63,538 nucleotides of DNA from Octopus bimaculoides. Taxonomy: Eukaryota. The stretch lies in assembly GCF_001194135.2 (NCBI RefSeq), contig NC_069003.1, forward strand, positions 32,228,232-32,291,769, written 5' to 3'. The stretch's first letter is position 1; each line of letters starts with the position of its first letter. The translations under genes were made by a program, and so were the position numbers. Below, one piece after another: positions 24,435-37,084 of this stretch. Under the pieces are notes generated by a model. The model had not been told where the DNA came from and searched no databases. It saw only the letters and a list, made by a program, of their open reading frames with translations.

Positions 24435-24800
24435 GGCAGAGGCATGGCTGTGTGGTTAAGAATCTCATTCTGTAGCCATGTTCAGTCTTACTGTACAGCT
24501 GCTTGGCTAAATGATTCTGACTATAACTTCATGCTATGTGAATGAATTTGATAGATGGAAACTATATGGAAGCCTATTGTGTGTGTGTGTGTGTGTGTTC
24601 ATGTGTTTGTCACACCACTGCTACTTCACAGTTGGTGTTGGTTTGTTCACATCCCTGTAAGTTAGCAGTTTGGCTAAAAGAGACAAATAGACTAAGCATT
24701 ACGTTCTAAAAGATAAGTACTGAGGTTGATTTATTCAACTAAAACCCTTGTAGGCGGTGTCTCAGCATGGCTGCAGTTCAATAACTGAAACTAGCGAAAG
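24435..24800 (+). mobile_element. Composite SINE, B head + C tail
   Basis: GGCATGGCTGTGTGGTTAAG...GGAAACT...(TG)n...CACCACTGC...GTTGGTGTTGGTTTGTTCACATCCCTGTAAG...GCATGGCTGCAGTTCAATAACTGAAAC. Confidence 0.8.
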
Positions 24801-24820
24801 ATGATGAATGAAGACGCCTA

Positions 24821-24985
24821 AATATCTTTAGCATTTAAACCAGCCAAATAAAGCATAAATATTCTGTTTTGTGTTGAAACCAGCTTGATCTGGCCTCTCA
24901 CACCTCCCTACTATGTCATTCTAAAAATAGATAATCACATCATCACAGTCTCAAAGCTACAAAATAATACAAGATTTATCCAAAT
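24821..24985 (-). mobile_element. TTAA MITE family G, partial
   Basis: Inverted homologue of 55394-55618 (CTTTAGCATTTAAACCAGCC...CACATCATC). Confidence 0.7.
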
Positions 24986-26344
24986 CTGGCAGAATCATTA
25001 GCACACCAGACAAAATACTAAGTGGAATTTCTTCCAATTTTATGTTTTGAGTTCAAATTTTGCCGAGGTCAACTTTGCTTTCAACCTCTTAAGGTTGATA
25101 AAATAAGTACCAGTTGAACACAGGAGTCGATGCAATCAACTTACCTCTTCCCAGTAAAATTACAGAATACTGAACAAAATTACTAATATTTATTTTTATG
25201 TTCTGAGTTCAAATCCATTCAAAGTCAATTTTGTCTTTCATCCTCTTGGGTCCTTTAATAGTCCTTTAACAGTCAAGTACTGGAGATTACTGGAATAGGC
25301 TACACCAACTCCTAAGATTTGTGGCTTTGTGCAAATGCTAGAAATCAATATGAAGATTTCCAGTCTGAATTAAAATACCACAAAATTCAATTTTGCATTT
25401 TGTCCTTATGGATTTGATAAAACTAAAATACAAATCAGTTACTCTATTAGGGTTGGAGTGAAGGGGTGATTTAATCAGCCATTAAACTGTGTTGCTTTGA
25501 GCCAATTAATATTTTCAAATTCATCCTAGAATAGGTGAGGTGTCTTTGCATTGAAACTCTCACATTAGTAACTGACTGTAGTCACTCTGTATTCTGTGTT
25601 AGAAGTTTGATACTTTTACAGTATATATATATTATTCATGCTATTTTGGAATCAGTTTATATATATTATTCAAGATATGCCAATTACAATTTTGAGATTG
25701 TGCTGATGATGACAGAGCTGTTATGTCATTGTGAGACTTGATAGAAGATAGCATCTAAATTCTCTCTCGAATTACACTCTACCTTAAAAATAGGAGTACA
25801 CATTGCATTATGTATTCCTAGATAAACAATATCTGAAAAAGAAATATGAGATTGGAAAGTTAGTTTTTGATCACTGGTCTGTTCAATACACTGAGCCAGC
25901 CAGCAAAACTCTATGTAATCATTGGACTGGTTAGAATATAGCAACCAAATCCCTCAGCTCACATCTGAAATCAGGACACATTGTCTAATGGAGTTCAAAA
26001 TACATTATGCCTAAAAATAAATGAGATGGTCATAATAGGAATGCTGCTATGGAATCTTAAGCTTGCTTGTTACTGCAGTTTAGTCATAACACTGTTATGA
26101 TGATCCCTGTGTGTCAACAAGAGCTGCTACCATTTGCTGCCAAATCTCCTTCAAATCACATGCCACCATCTTTACCATTGAAAGTAAAGGACACATTACA
26201 TAATGTAGCCCGAGGTACACTGTGTCTAAAGAAAGATGGGATGGTCAAAACTGGAACTGTTTTGATCAGTGTTTTACTGAATCAGAGCAGACTTTGAAGT
26301 ATCCACTACCACCACCACCACCACCAACAACAACACTTTACTTA

Positions 26345-26523
26345 TGTGACAGGGTGCTGAAAAGTTCCTGGCTTTAAGGGTATCATGAAAGTCCTGGCTG
26401 GAGGCCCAGCCTTTCGAGTTCTTTTACAGGGCTTAGAGAAACTGAAAGGCTGTTACAATAAGTGTGTGAATCTGAGAAGGGAGTATGTTAAATAAAATCA
26501 TAATTAACTGATCCTCCTGTATT
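26345..26523 (+). mobile_element. Mariner-derived MITE, family H (right TIR missing)
   Basis: Left TIR GGGTGCTGAAAAGTTCCTGGCTTT. Retains a mariner transposase C-terminus FLQGLEKLKGCYNKCVNLRREYVK*. Confidence 0.85.
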
Positions 26524-26594
26524 TCATACAAATCAAATTTTTCAAATCAAAATTTACAGTAAAAAAAAAATTTTGGCTGACTTAAACACCAGGC

Positions 26595-26604
26595 TCTCTC
26601 CCTC

Positions 26605-26666
<62 letters not shown>

Positions 26667-26700
26667 TCTCTCCCTCTCTCTCTTTCCCTCTCTCTCTCAT
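26595..26700. repeat. (CT)n microsatellite
   Basis: Direct reading. Confidence 0.95.
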
Positions 26701-27321
26701 ACACATTCAATGCACAGTTTCATCTACCATAAAGTTTCATCATTCACAAAGCATTGGTCAGAATGAGGGATGTTGCATAAGACGTCATAATGTGAGACTG
26801 AACCCCCAAACCTTTTGGTTGCATAGTGAACTTAGTAACCATGTAGCAATGCCTATGCTTTTGTGCAAGTTGTATTGAGTTGCTCTTAAAATCCTGCATG
26901 TTTTTACTATCTTATTGCTATTACCATTTATGATAACTGAAGGGAGGAAAATATCAATACTTGGTAAATATTTAAACGGATTTCTCAAACTCTCACGTAC
27001 AAAACTGCTGGTAGCTGCTCAGATTTAAGGAAGTTAACCAATTAGATATAATATATTAGTGGAACATAAATCAATGATATGGTAAATAAATCAATAGATC
27101 AATACCTTACACCTAGCTGAGATTACAAAGCACAAATATAACCTAGTCTAGTATAAGAGTGCTTGCATCTTGTCAAATATAACCAGGCCTTCAGCAGCTT
27201 CAGCAAAGCAACGCACTGTCCTCTCTTCTACCATACCAGTTTATTCTTTTGTAACTATAATAATTTCTGGTCTTCTGAACATGTTATCTTTATTCCTCAC
27301 CTCACTGAGACTACTTGTTCT

Positions 27322-27355
<34 letters not shown>

Positions 27356-27501
27356 TCACACATGCATGTGTCTGTAAAAATATGCGCATATACATATGCA
27401 TCCACAAATGTATGTGTATGTGTGTATAAAACCTGACCAACCCATGCCAGCATGGGAAAGTGGATATAAAGCAATGATCATGGTGTTACTTCAGATGTGT
27501 G

Positions 27502-27541
<40 letters not shown>

Positions 27542-28365
27542 TATATATATATCAGTATATATGTATATATGTATATATCAGTATATATGTATAATATATA
27601 TAATATACATTTTTATACATATAATGATCGGGTTGGATTGCCCATGTTCAGTCCACTGCAAGATGAAGGTCTCTGCATGTTCTCTCTACCCAACCATGGT
27701 TTGATGTGGGGGTCATAAATTTGAGCTTGAGATCATATTGGTCTGATGAACCTAATCGTAATATACATAAAATATATGTAATATACATTTATATATTATA
27801 ATGATAATAATTATTATTAATAATATGTATATTGTATATGTATATATATATATGTTTTCATTCGTTCATTCATTTAACATCCATTTCTGCATGTAGGTTG
27901 GGTGATGGTTTATTATTGAAGTATTATTTTACAGCTGAAAGTTCTCCGTCACTAACCCTTACCTGTATATTCCACTTCAAAAATACACAGCTGCACTGTG
28001 ATTTGTTTAACAAGCAGTTATCAATCTAATATCAATGATTTTGCTCAAACAATTTCATATGGAAGGAAACATTGTAGAATATAACATTCACTTAGGTTCA
28101 TGTATGTACACACACACATACAGTGAGCTTTCATACACCATCTACCATTTCCACTGACAGTGCATTGGTTGGCCTGTGGTTATTGTAGAAGACACTCACT
28201 CAAGGTGCCATGCAGCAGGACTGAATCCAAACCTACGTGGTTGTGAAGCCAACTTTTTTACCAACAGTCCTATCATGTGTGTGTATTTCATATATTTTTA
28301 CACACATGCATAGGGTGTGTCATAAAAATTAGGATATTATTTGGAAGTTAGATATTTGTTATCAG

Positions 28366-28610
28366 TTAACCTTTTTGATACCAACCCACCTAAGACTGGC
28401 CTTGGTTCTAAAATACAAACCTCCTGTTTTAACATGATCCTGTTTTAATGTGATCTAACTTTCCCTTCCTTCAAAATTCATGTGTTAATTTATGTTCCAT
28501 TCACTAGCTTATTAACGACCAAGTTATTTTATTAAATTCTTTATTATTTTGAAAAGTACTTGAAACAAAGGCAGTGTATTGCAACAGGAATATGGTAACA
28601 AAAGGGTTAA
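28366..28610 (+). mobile_element. Family F TTAA MITE
   Basis: TTAACCTTTTTGATACC...GGTAACAAAAGGGTTAA with both termini present. Confidence 0.85.
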
Positions 28611-28799
28611 CTTGGAGCCTCAACGCCTTTCATTGTTTTTGATTCACGAAATCTTAACTGTTCTATTCCCTGTCTATTGTTGATGTAAGCTAACTTTTAT
28701 GGTTTCTATGCAGGGATCATAAATCCATATCTCATTATCTGTAAAATTACAATAGAGCAAGTTGGTCAAAAATTGAAAGGTGAGTAGAGAATGTCAGAT

Positions 28800-29700
28800 A
28801 ATACTTGGTAAAAGCTACTATGGCTTCACTGGCTGCCTGAATACATTGTAGTATAGAGGAAGCCAGCCTGCAGCAAAGCTAATGTGTGATAGAAGCCCTA
28901 GAAAGTCTCGATAGCAGCTCCCAGTTCATTATCTTGACTGGGATGAAGTTAGCTCTTTTTTTTTTTTTTTTTTTTAATTATAAACCATTGATTCTATATG
29001 GAGTTTAGGTCAAGTGAGTCACCTGGTCTAAGGAAGTATATTGATGTGAGGATGAGCAAATCAGATCAATGATTGTTTTGGTTCTGTGTGCAGATGCCAA
29101 ATTGTAGTAGAACAGAAATTCTACATCACCAATTGTTGGCTGCCGGAAGGAAGCATGATATGTTGTTCCAGTGACTATGGCTCACTGCGATACAACATCC
29201 ATGTCTTTATAGGGCACCCCAAACCATTACTGACTGTGGGAAGTTGCTGCTGGATTTAAAACAGCTGGGTTCTGTATCCCTCCAGTCTACTTCCAAATAC
29301 TGCATTCTTGTATTTCTGAATGAGTTACAAAGCTTATTTTGACCCCCCCCCCCAAAAAAAAACCCATGCTGTAGTCCTGGATACTCACTTATTGTGTCCC
29401 ATTTCTACATTTTGCTTGGTAGTCTTTGATGTACCAGTTCTTACCTTCTTCATTTCTAATGAATCTTCCCCATATTTCCAAACATGCTGTTATTTTTTTG
29501 TTTTATTTTTAATAGTTCTTTCAAAGTTGGTGTACATTTTCAGCAACACTGTCATCTAAACAATATTCCAATGGGATTGTTTGGCACAAGACTCTAGGAA
29601 CAACAGCTTTTGCCATGAAAACCATCTGTTTCTTTCTTCCTTTGTGCAATACAGCAGTGATAGTCTTTTGGGCAACTGTTAGATCTGAAACCTTACCCAA
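28800..29700 (-). mobile_element. Degenerate Tc1-family (DD34E-type) transposase
   Basis: Minus-strand translation with frameshifts and stops: GKVSDLTVAQKTITAVLHKG (N-term), NKLCNSFRN, FKSSSNFPQSVMVWGA, GDVEFLFYYNLASAH, GDSLDLNSI*NQW (cf. SPDLNPIENLW), ELGAAIET..ASIT, and terminal TKY. TIRs not identified. Confidence 0.85.
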
Positions 29701-30819
29701 TACTGAAGCAACAGTGTTTTCTGTAAAAAGAATTATTCATTTATTATATAAAAATTATATAGACATATCGGCTGAAAGAGTGTTACTCGAATATTATAGT
29801 AATATTTTGAGATAAGCTGAAGTCACACATTTGTCTGTACTCTTACACTTGTTAGTCTACAGTAATTATTCTAGATATTAGTTGAGATGGTTCACAGACT
29901 GAAATGAAGCGCTACTATCACATCTATTGTACAAGAGAATAATAACTTTTTTTGAATATTTATGAGATGCACTTCTACATTAGACATGCACACATATGTA
30001 CATACACAAGCACATACACACACACACACACACGCATGCATGTACATACTTGCATACACTGAAACTAGTCCTCTTCACTAATCAGACTCACTAGCAAATG
30101 GCCTCAGGGTTTCAGAAACCAAGAAAATGTTGACGACAAGAGAGCATTACCAATGCTGACATGTATACATGTTTATATAAATGTGTGTGTCTGTATGTGT
30201 AATGAAAATAAAGGTGGTACAGAGAGATTAATAAGGAAATTTAATAAAAAAAAAAAAGGGGGAAAAAAAGAACAAATGAATGCAGACACATTCTACCCCT
30301 CATCAGTTGTTGACTAAATATCATTGCAATTTCAACCCCTTCTGACAATATTGTTTAATTTAGCAGTGTCAGCAGCCGTTAGCTGCTGGAGTGCAAATGA
30401 GCAGACGAGATAGATGAACAAAGACAGGAAAATGATAAGACGAGGAGAGTAACAGAAAGAAATGTCTGTAGACTGAACAATAAATAAAGATGAGTTGTGA
30501 GGATAACAGGAAAACCAGAAAATAAAAAATATATATATATATGCAGTCTTTCAGTTTAGTGACAAAATTAATACAGGTTGTGTGAAGTAATGCTAATGGG
30601 AAAGGTAGCATGCTTCTAGGCCTTGAGGGGAAAACAATAAAAATAAAAATAAGCAAGACCAAAGCTAGAAAAAGCAACTGGCCAATTGATCATTCAGTTA
30701 AAAAAAAAATGAGTAACATGAGAAACGGAAAGGCCATGTGATGCTGTTTGAGATACAAGAAAAGGAAAGATTTATAGGAGAGACAAGATAAGAGTTGGAC
30801 AGATTTTACTGAGGTGTTT

Positions 30820-30988
30820 TCTGTGGCTGGATGCTCTTCCTGCTGTCAGCTCTTACTTGTTTTCAAGCAATGTCAGATTTACCCATGGCCAGACATGTTC
30901 TTGCAGACCTGGAAACAAATGACACTGTTTGTATAACAGTGATATTCATTTTACAAATATCACATGATGTCAAGATAAGGATACACAC

Positions 30989-31031
<43 letters not shown>

Positions 31032-31150
31032 CCATGGGCTTTGGTTGATCTTGGGTTATAGTAGAAAACAGTTGCATAAGGTGTCATGCAGTGGAAGTGA
31101 ACTTGGGACCATGTGGTTGGGAAGCAAACTTATTACCACACAGCCATTGA
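30820..31150 (-). mobile_element. Composite SINE, B head + E tail (tail truncated)
   Basis: GGATGCTCTTCCTGCTGTCAGC...CATGGCCAGACATG...(CA)n...GGGACCATGTGGTTGGGAAGCAAACTTATTACCACACAGCCAT. Confidence 0.8.
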
Positions 31151-31479
31151 ACAGGATAAAAGGATAGCAAAATGGATAGCTAGTTAGATATAAAGGTGGA
31201 AGGATGGGTGTAGAAGGATATGCTAGAAAGATAGATGGATGCAAACAACAAAAGAAAGGTAGGTAAATAGAGAAAATAATAGCAAAGTAGTTATTAAGAG
31301 AATATGTCGGATTGGTTGGTAGAAATTGTATGAAGGGAGGCAGATAGAGAAAATGTTTGAAAGGTATGTGGATCGATAGAAATACAGAGAAGTGGCCGCA
31401 TGATAAGGAGAAAACTGGTTGTTGGGAAAAACCTGTGTTCATAGCATTAGAATAAATATCTATATATGTCGACATGTGC

Positions 31480-31556
<77 letters not shown>

Positions 31557-31601
31557 AACATATGCATACATACGTACATACATATATACAAACTTGTTAC
31601 A

Positions 31602-31637
<36 letters not shown>

Positions 31638-31964
31638 GTGTGTGTGCATACAATAAAACATACCTACACACACTCATGGAATTTTCAGATGTTTGTTTGA
31701 TGTGATATTTCTGGGTTGCTTAACTTTGTTCCATATTTAGCAAGTGGACTAATGTCACAGCTCTAAATATCCTAACTTATTGTTCGCTATATCTCAAGTA
31801 CTTTGTGGTATTATGCTTAAGATTAGATTGGTTGGCATGTGTTGCATTCAATACATAAATGTATGTGTTGAAGGCAATATATGTCTCAATCCTATGTTAA
31901 GAAGTATTTCTGTGTTAGTTTTTTTTTTCTGCGTACAATTGAGTTTTCTGGTGCTATTTTTATT

Positions 31965-32190
31965 TTAACCCTTTTGATACTAACCCACCCTAAACCACCT
32001 CTTGGTCCTGTGACACAGATCCCTGATTTAGATGATCTAGATTAAAATCTTCCATCATATTTCATATTAATTTATGTTCCAAACACTAGCTTAATAGTGA
32101 ATGTTATTTTATTAAATTCTTTATTTTTTTTAATTAATTGAAACAAAAAAACGGTGTATTTCTTTTGGAATATGGTAACAAAAGGGTTAA
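31965..32190 (+). mobile_element. Family F TTAA MITE
   Basis: TTAACCCTTTTGATAC...GGTAACAAAAGGGTTAA. Confidence 0.85.
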
Positions 32191-32289
32191 AAAAGAGATC
32201 AGCAAGTCCAAAATGATTTTTCTCTAATCCCATTAATTTGTATCTTGATACATTTGAAATAGCAATCAATCAAAAGCCACAGAGTACTT

Positions 32290-32720
32290 GTGAAGTAGTA
32301 ATGTGCAATTACTACTGTCACATTTCCAAGAAGAAACTCGAAGCACAAATCACGACTGCCTTCTGCGTACCTTGGGAAAAGAAAAGGCAGGGACATCAGT
32401 CTCAACAGCAGATAAAAGAATAGAATCCCTCAGGTGGTCCAGTGTCCCCTTTGACACTTTTCCAGCAACTCCAGGGAAGGTGCAGCTCTCCCGCCCAGTA
32501 AGGCAATTCATCTAGATGAAGGCTATTCCAATGTAAAACTTACAGCTTGCCCACTCACCATGGTTATCGTAGCCTATTGAACCACTATGGCCAGACCTTC
32601 AAGTCTAAAGAGTGGGAGCAGATTGTGTGAATTTGATCTCATTTTAAAACTGCTAAGTGCAAGCAGGAAGAAAAGTCCTGCAGCATCAAGGACTGGTTTA
32701 CATAACCACGTGAAGGTATG
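32290..32720 (+). mobile_element. Probable highly degenerate RTE LINE 3' region
   Basis: With frameshifts: KKKLEA / HDCLLRTLG / ESLRWSSVPFDTF-QQLQGRCS / RLFQ / KEWEQIV. This parallels the RTE pattern KLE.FH..CLR.IL...EVL.RA..PSI.T.L.Q.QLRW.GH...RLFYG...WE.LA. Confidence 0.5.
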
Positions 32721-34216
32721 TCATTCTTTCTTATGTTCTTCAGATATGAAGGAACTGCCATCACTGTCTCATTTATTGAAGCTAATTATAAAGCGAGTCA
32801 TGGGTTCAGTTCACATAAAATGGGTTGACCTCATCATTAGATAGGATTTTTGAGATGTGTTTATTTGATGTAGTTTTTCTGAGTTGTTTAAAATATTTTC
32901 TATCTTTATCATATGGACTAGTGCCTCAGCTGTAAATATACTAATATCTCAGCTGTATATATATCCTGATATCCTAACTTATTAACTATTTATGAATCAC
33001 TTTGTGGAATTATACTCCAGATTACATTTACCAGAATGTGTTGCATCATAGACACAAGCATTCACATGTACACACCTATACACATTTATGAGTATAGAAT
33101 CCTGTCTGTTCATATTACTTATAGATTCAAAATCAGAGATCATTATCATCAGATTTAGCTGATCTCCATATGTGCCTCACTGAATAAGTCTTGTTCATGA
33201 ATGGTGGTATATAGGTATAAGTTATATGGTAACCTTATTCCTTGTGGGTCTACCCTGTCACCTCATCACCATTATTACAGTTCCACACTAATTAGTCCTA
33301 TCCTCTTTTCTATATGAGTAGCTGTGTAGCTCCCCTACAGCAAGAAACTTGTTCTGTTGGATCCTGTCTAACTGCCCAACCTTTACTAGAATAAAATATG
33401 GATTCTAGATTAACATGGAATGACGATGAACAATTTCACTATTTCTATTATTAATATTCAAATTTTAAAATTTATTAAAAGTATAATACGGGTGTTTAAA
33501 GCTACAAAATAATTAATATATCATCATTTAAAATTTGTTGATTATGGTTTAGAGTTTTGGATAGATGCAACGAGGTTAGAAGGTCTGTTTTGTAGGGCAA
33601 ATATTTTTCTGTGTTTGTAAATCCTTAACTTTGTGAGCATGAACACACTGAAATGATATCAATCTGTTACTCGAAAGAAACAGAAGAAATTTAATAGACC
33701 AGAATGCAAACCTACAGCATATTCTTTAAGAGGCAAAATCTCTGAAATTTAATTGACAATATTCTATGTATCAACTTTCCTCTATTACCTAAATAACCCT
33801 TTCTTGATTGACACATTTGGCTTTTTCTTTCTTTCTTAAACACACACACACAGAGTTAACAGTGTTATTCCAGTACTTGACAATCTCCCTTACAAGACGA
33901 AAAGAATGTGTGTAGCATTTGACTCTTTTTCTTAACCACACACACACACACACACACACAAAATTTTGCTTCCCTATTAACGTAATTGTATTTTTCTCTC
34001 CTGAGATTCTGTTCATTCAGAATTTCATTTCTCTCTCCACTGTCTAACTATATATATTCACCATTCAACTAACCTCTTTCTTCCGCTACACATTTAATGA
34101 GCCACTGGGGATTCCTCCAAGTATTTGCTCAACTGACTAGATATAGCAGCCAAATCTTCATATCCCATTAGCTAAATAAAAAAAAAAAGTATGTATTAGA
34201 TAATGTAGTTGTAGAT

Positions 34217-34370
34217 CCAGCATGGGCAACCTTTTTTTTGTGTGTGGCGCGGGGGTGGACACAAGTGGGCTGCATTAGGCATGGCTTATCATCTGAAAAA
34301 GAATTCAAGGTAATTTTTCAATAGGTGTGCCATTCAGAAAGTCCTGTGGACCACAGTTTGCCCATGACTG
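34217..34370 (+). mobile_element. hAT-type MITE nested in a family I copy
   Basis: Termini CCAGCATGGGCAACCT ... AGTTTGCCCATGACTG. Flanking 8-mers TTGTAGAT / CTGTGGAT match at 6 of 8 positions, consistent with a decayed 8-bp TSD. Confidence 0.65.
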
Positions 34371-34422
34371 CTGTGGATACTCAGTTAAATAGACAGGATG
34401 GTTGTGGTGGGAGTGCTTTTGA

Positions 34423-34651
34423 TTTACCCTTTCGTTACCAACCCGGCTGAAACTGCCTCTGGCTTTGTAGTACAAATGTCTTGTTTCCAAAAGTTCTGAA
34501 TTAAAATCTTCCACCAAACCTTAGTCACAATTTATGTTCCTAACACAAGCTTAATGATAACTAAGTTATTTTACTAAATTCTTTGTTATATTTAAAGTAA
34601 TTGAAAGAAACACAGAGCATCTCAACAGAAATATGCTAACAAAAGGGTTAA
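34423..34651 (+). mobile_element. Family F TTAA MITE, best-preserved copy
   Basis: CCCTTTCGTTACCA ... TGCTAACAAAAGGG-TTAA terminal inverted repeats, with CpGs retained. Confidence 0.9.
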
Positions 34652-35479
34652 AGGTTGGCTGGACAACAACAACAACAACATCTACCTACAGCTCGTATAT
34701 GAATTAAGGAAACAGCAATACACTGGACAGTATTATCCTAAATATGTATAAAATGGGATAGTCATGGCTGGAATGTCTTTCATCATAGGCCTGCTAGATA
34801 ATGATTGACAAGGAATAAACAATAGCAACAACAACTATAATTCTAGCATTAGTTGCCTCAATCATTGTTCCATCTTAACGATCCTTCTATGCCATAAAAT
34901 TAGTTTAATTACATCTCTCACAACTTCCCTCCTTGACACTCTCCGCAACCTTTGCTCACCTCTCACCTCCCTCTTTCTCTTCCTTTGCCTTATTTAAAGT
35001 TTTATTATTCTGCTGCTCTTCACCCTTTCTCCATTGCCAGTCATCATCATCATCTCTTCCCCGAGCCACTTCTTTTGATATCCATCCCTCATTCGTATCA
35101 CCTCCCTCCCACTCATATTTCTTATCAACCATCCTTCTCCCCTTCTTCATTATTCTCTACATTCACCCCTACCCCCTTCTCTCACCATTCTCTCACTCTC
35201 CTTTTGCACTTTTGCAACTCTTACCCACTCACCCTTCCTGATCTTCTCTCCCCACTCTCTTCAGTTCACCGGCTTGTATCTTGAAGGTACACTCCAACCT
35301 CTCTCCAGTTTTATCCTAATTATTCCCACCCACCATTGTATAATGTACAGTAACCAAGCATCTCCTCCATAGCAACAAAGATCTTGTCCTATCCCTCTAC
35401 TATTTTTTATCCTCCAAACATCTGGCATAAAGCCACATCTCTTCCTACTAAACCCCCACTCTGTCAAGAGGGCTTTTTA

Positions 35480-36066
35480 GTCTTGCAAGTTTCATTGTGA
35501 TCCCACTTGTGCAGATGTTATGTAAAAAGCACCCTGTGCATTTATAAAGTGCACTTATCAAGAGACTTGGAAACAGCTTTCATGTGCAAGTGCAGCCAGT
35601 CAAAAACACCACATACCAGATACCAGTAGGTTTCAGGGGCCATCAGGAGAGAATGCTCACTGTTTTAAAGCCTTCCTTTTGACAGCTTCACAGTGCACCA
35701 ACCCAAACTCACTGATGTGAGGCCCTGCCTGCTGGATCAACTGACTAGTATTTGGTATTAGGTCCATTTCAGGATCATCACCATTGAAATTGTGGAGTCA
35801 TTTTGATCTAACTTGCCACATAGGCAAAGAAGTATCTGCCTCACATCTACCTCTCCATCCTACCAGAAGACTTCATCATTCCGTTTCAGCCATATCCAAT
35901 GACTGGCTCTCTCAACTTGTGCCTGAATTTCTTTCAAGATGGCATCCAACCATAAAAACCATGCCAAAGCAGACATTTAAACTTGTCACAATCCTTTACC
36001 ATAGCTGATCCTGTTGAACTGTCCAACCCATGCCTGCATGGAAGATGGATGTTAAATGATGATGAT
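35480..36066 (+). mobile_element. Family D retroposon split by a ~380-bp unidentified insert
   Basis: The 5' part ends GTAAAAAGCACCCTGTGCATTTATAAAGTG (~35555). It resumes GGCATCCAACCATAAAAACCATGCCAAAGCAGAC (~35940) and runs to the GATGATGAT tail. Confidence 0.7.
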
Positions 36067-36625
36067 ATGTACATTAGCAAAGGGTTACTGATAAATCAGC
36101 ATCAAACAAGAATCTGTATATTTTAGTGGTGGCAACAGTAAAGACAGTTAAATGGACTTGGTCAAAACATGACAATCACTCTTCTCCAAGATCTGTGTAA
36201 TTGCATGGTGTGTCATACAAAAATACCGCCCTGTCATGTCACTTTATGTTCATGCTAAATATATGTTTCTCTCTTTCTGAGGTTGATGTTGAAATAATTG
36301 ACTTAGGAAGTCCTACAATCTATGTTTGCACATTATGCCTTGTTCCTCATAAACTGTTTTATTGGGAAAAAAACAATGAAATTCTATGCTGCAATATCTT
36401 AAAATCTTGCCATGATGGTAATAACTGAATGTCATTTTTCGGATTCTGTGTATCGAAAAAGCCACTTGTTTAAGTTCAAAGTTCTTAGCAGGGAAAGAAA
36501 ATTCTTTTTTTTTTTTGTTGGCCTGTTAATGGAGGACACCTAGGAATCATGTCCTAGGTGGGCCTGGCTTCCTTAGAGTGTCAGGATCTAATGGACTGAA
36601 ACACTTGTCTGATGGGAGTTCTTCT

Positions 36626-36657
<32 letters not shown>

Positions 36658-36744
36658 NNNNNNNNNNNNNNNNNNNNNNNNNTATATATGTATGTATGTA
36701 TATCACAGTATTACAGTATTGACCAGAGCATTAGATGCTGTTAT

Positions 36745-37035
36745 AGGTGGGTGAGTTCAATGTTGGTTACAATGCACATCTGATTTTGTCATGATTGTGC
36801 CATTCTTTTCTATCTTGACCCAAATTGCTTAACTAAGTCATCTTCCCATTGTTGTGGAGGCCTTCCAAGTGGCCCTTTCTGATCTCTTGGATACCACTCG
36901 GCAACTGCTCAGGTCTACTTGTTGTCGGTGAACCTTGTAACGTGTTTAGCTCAATGATACTTGTACTTTCGGTTCTCTGCGATCACATTGTTCACTCCAC
37001 TCTATTCTCAAATTATTTCATTAACGAGAGTGAGA
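36745..37035 (-). mobile_element. RTE-clade LINE 3' end
   Basis: Single minus frame: NEII*E*SGVNNVIAENRK..H*AKHVTRFTDNK*T*AVAEWYPRDQKGPLGRPPQQWEDDL. Stops fall at expected W/R positions of the RTE motif RWAGHV.R.TDNRWT..V.EWYPR..KRP.GRPP.RW.D. Confidence 0.85.
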
Positions 37036-37044
37036 TAACATGTG

Positions 37045-37084
<40 letters not shown>

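Noticed and set aside
36537-36560. 9-bp hairpin CACCTAGGA/TCCTAGGTG
   Set aside because: Short enough to arise by chance in 63 kb, with no supporting context.
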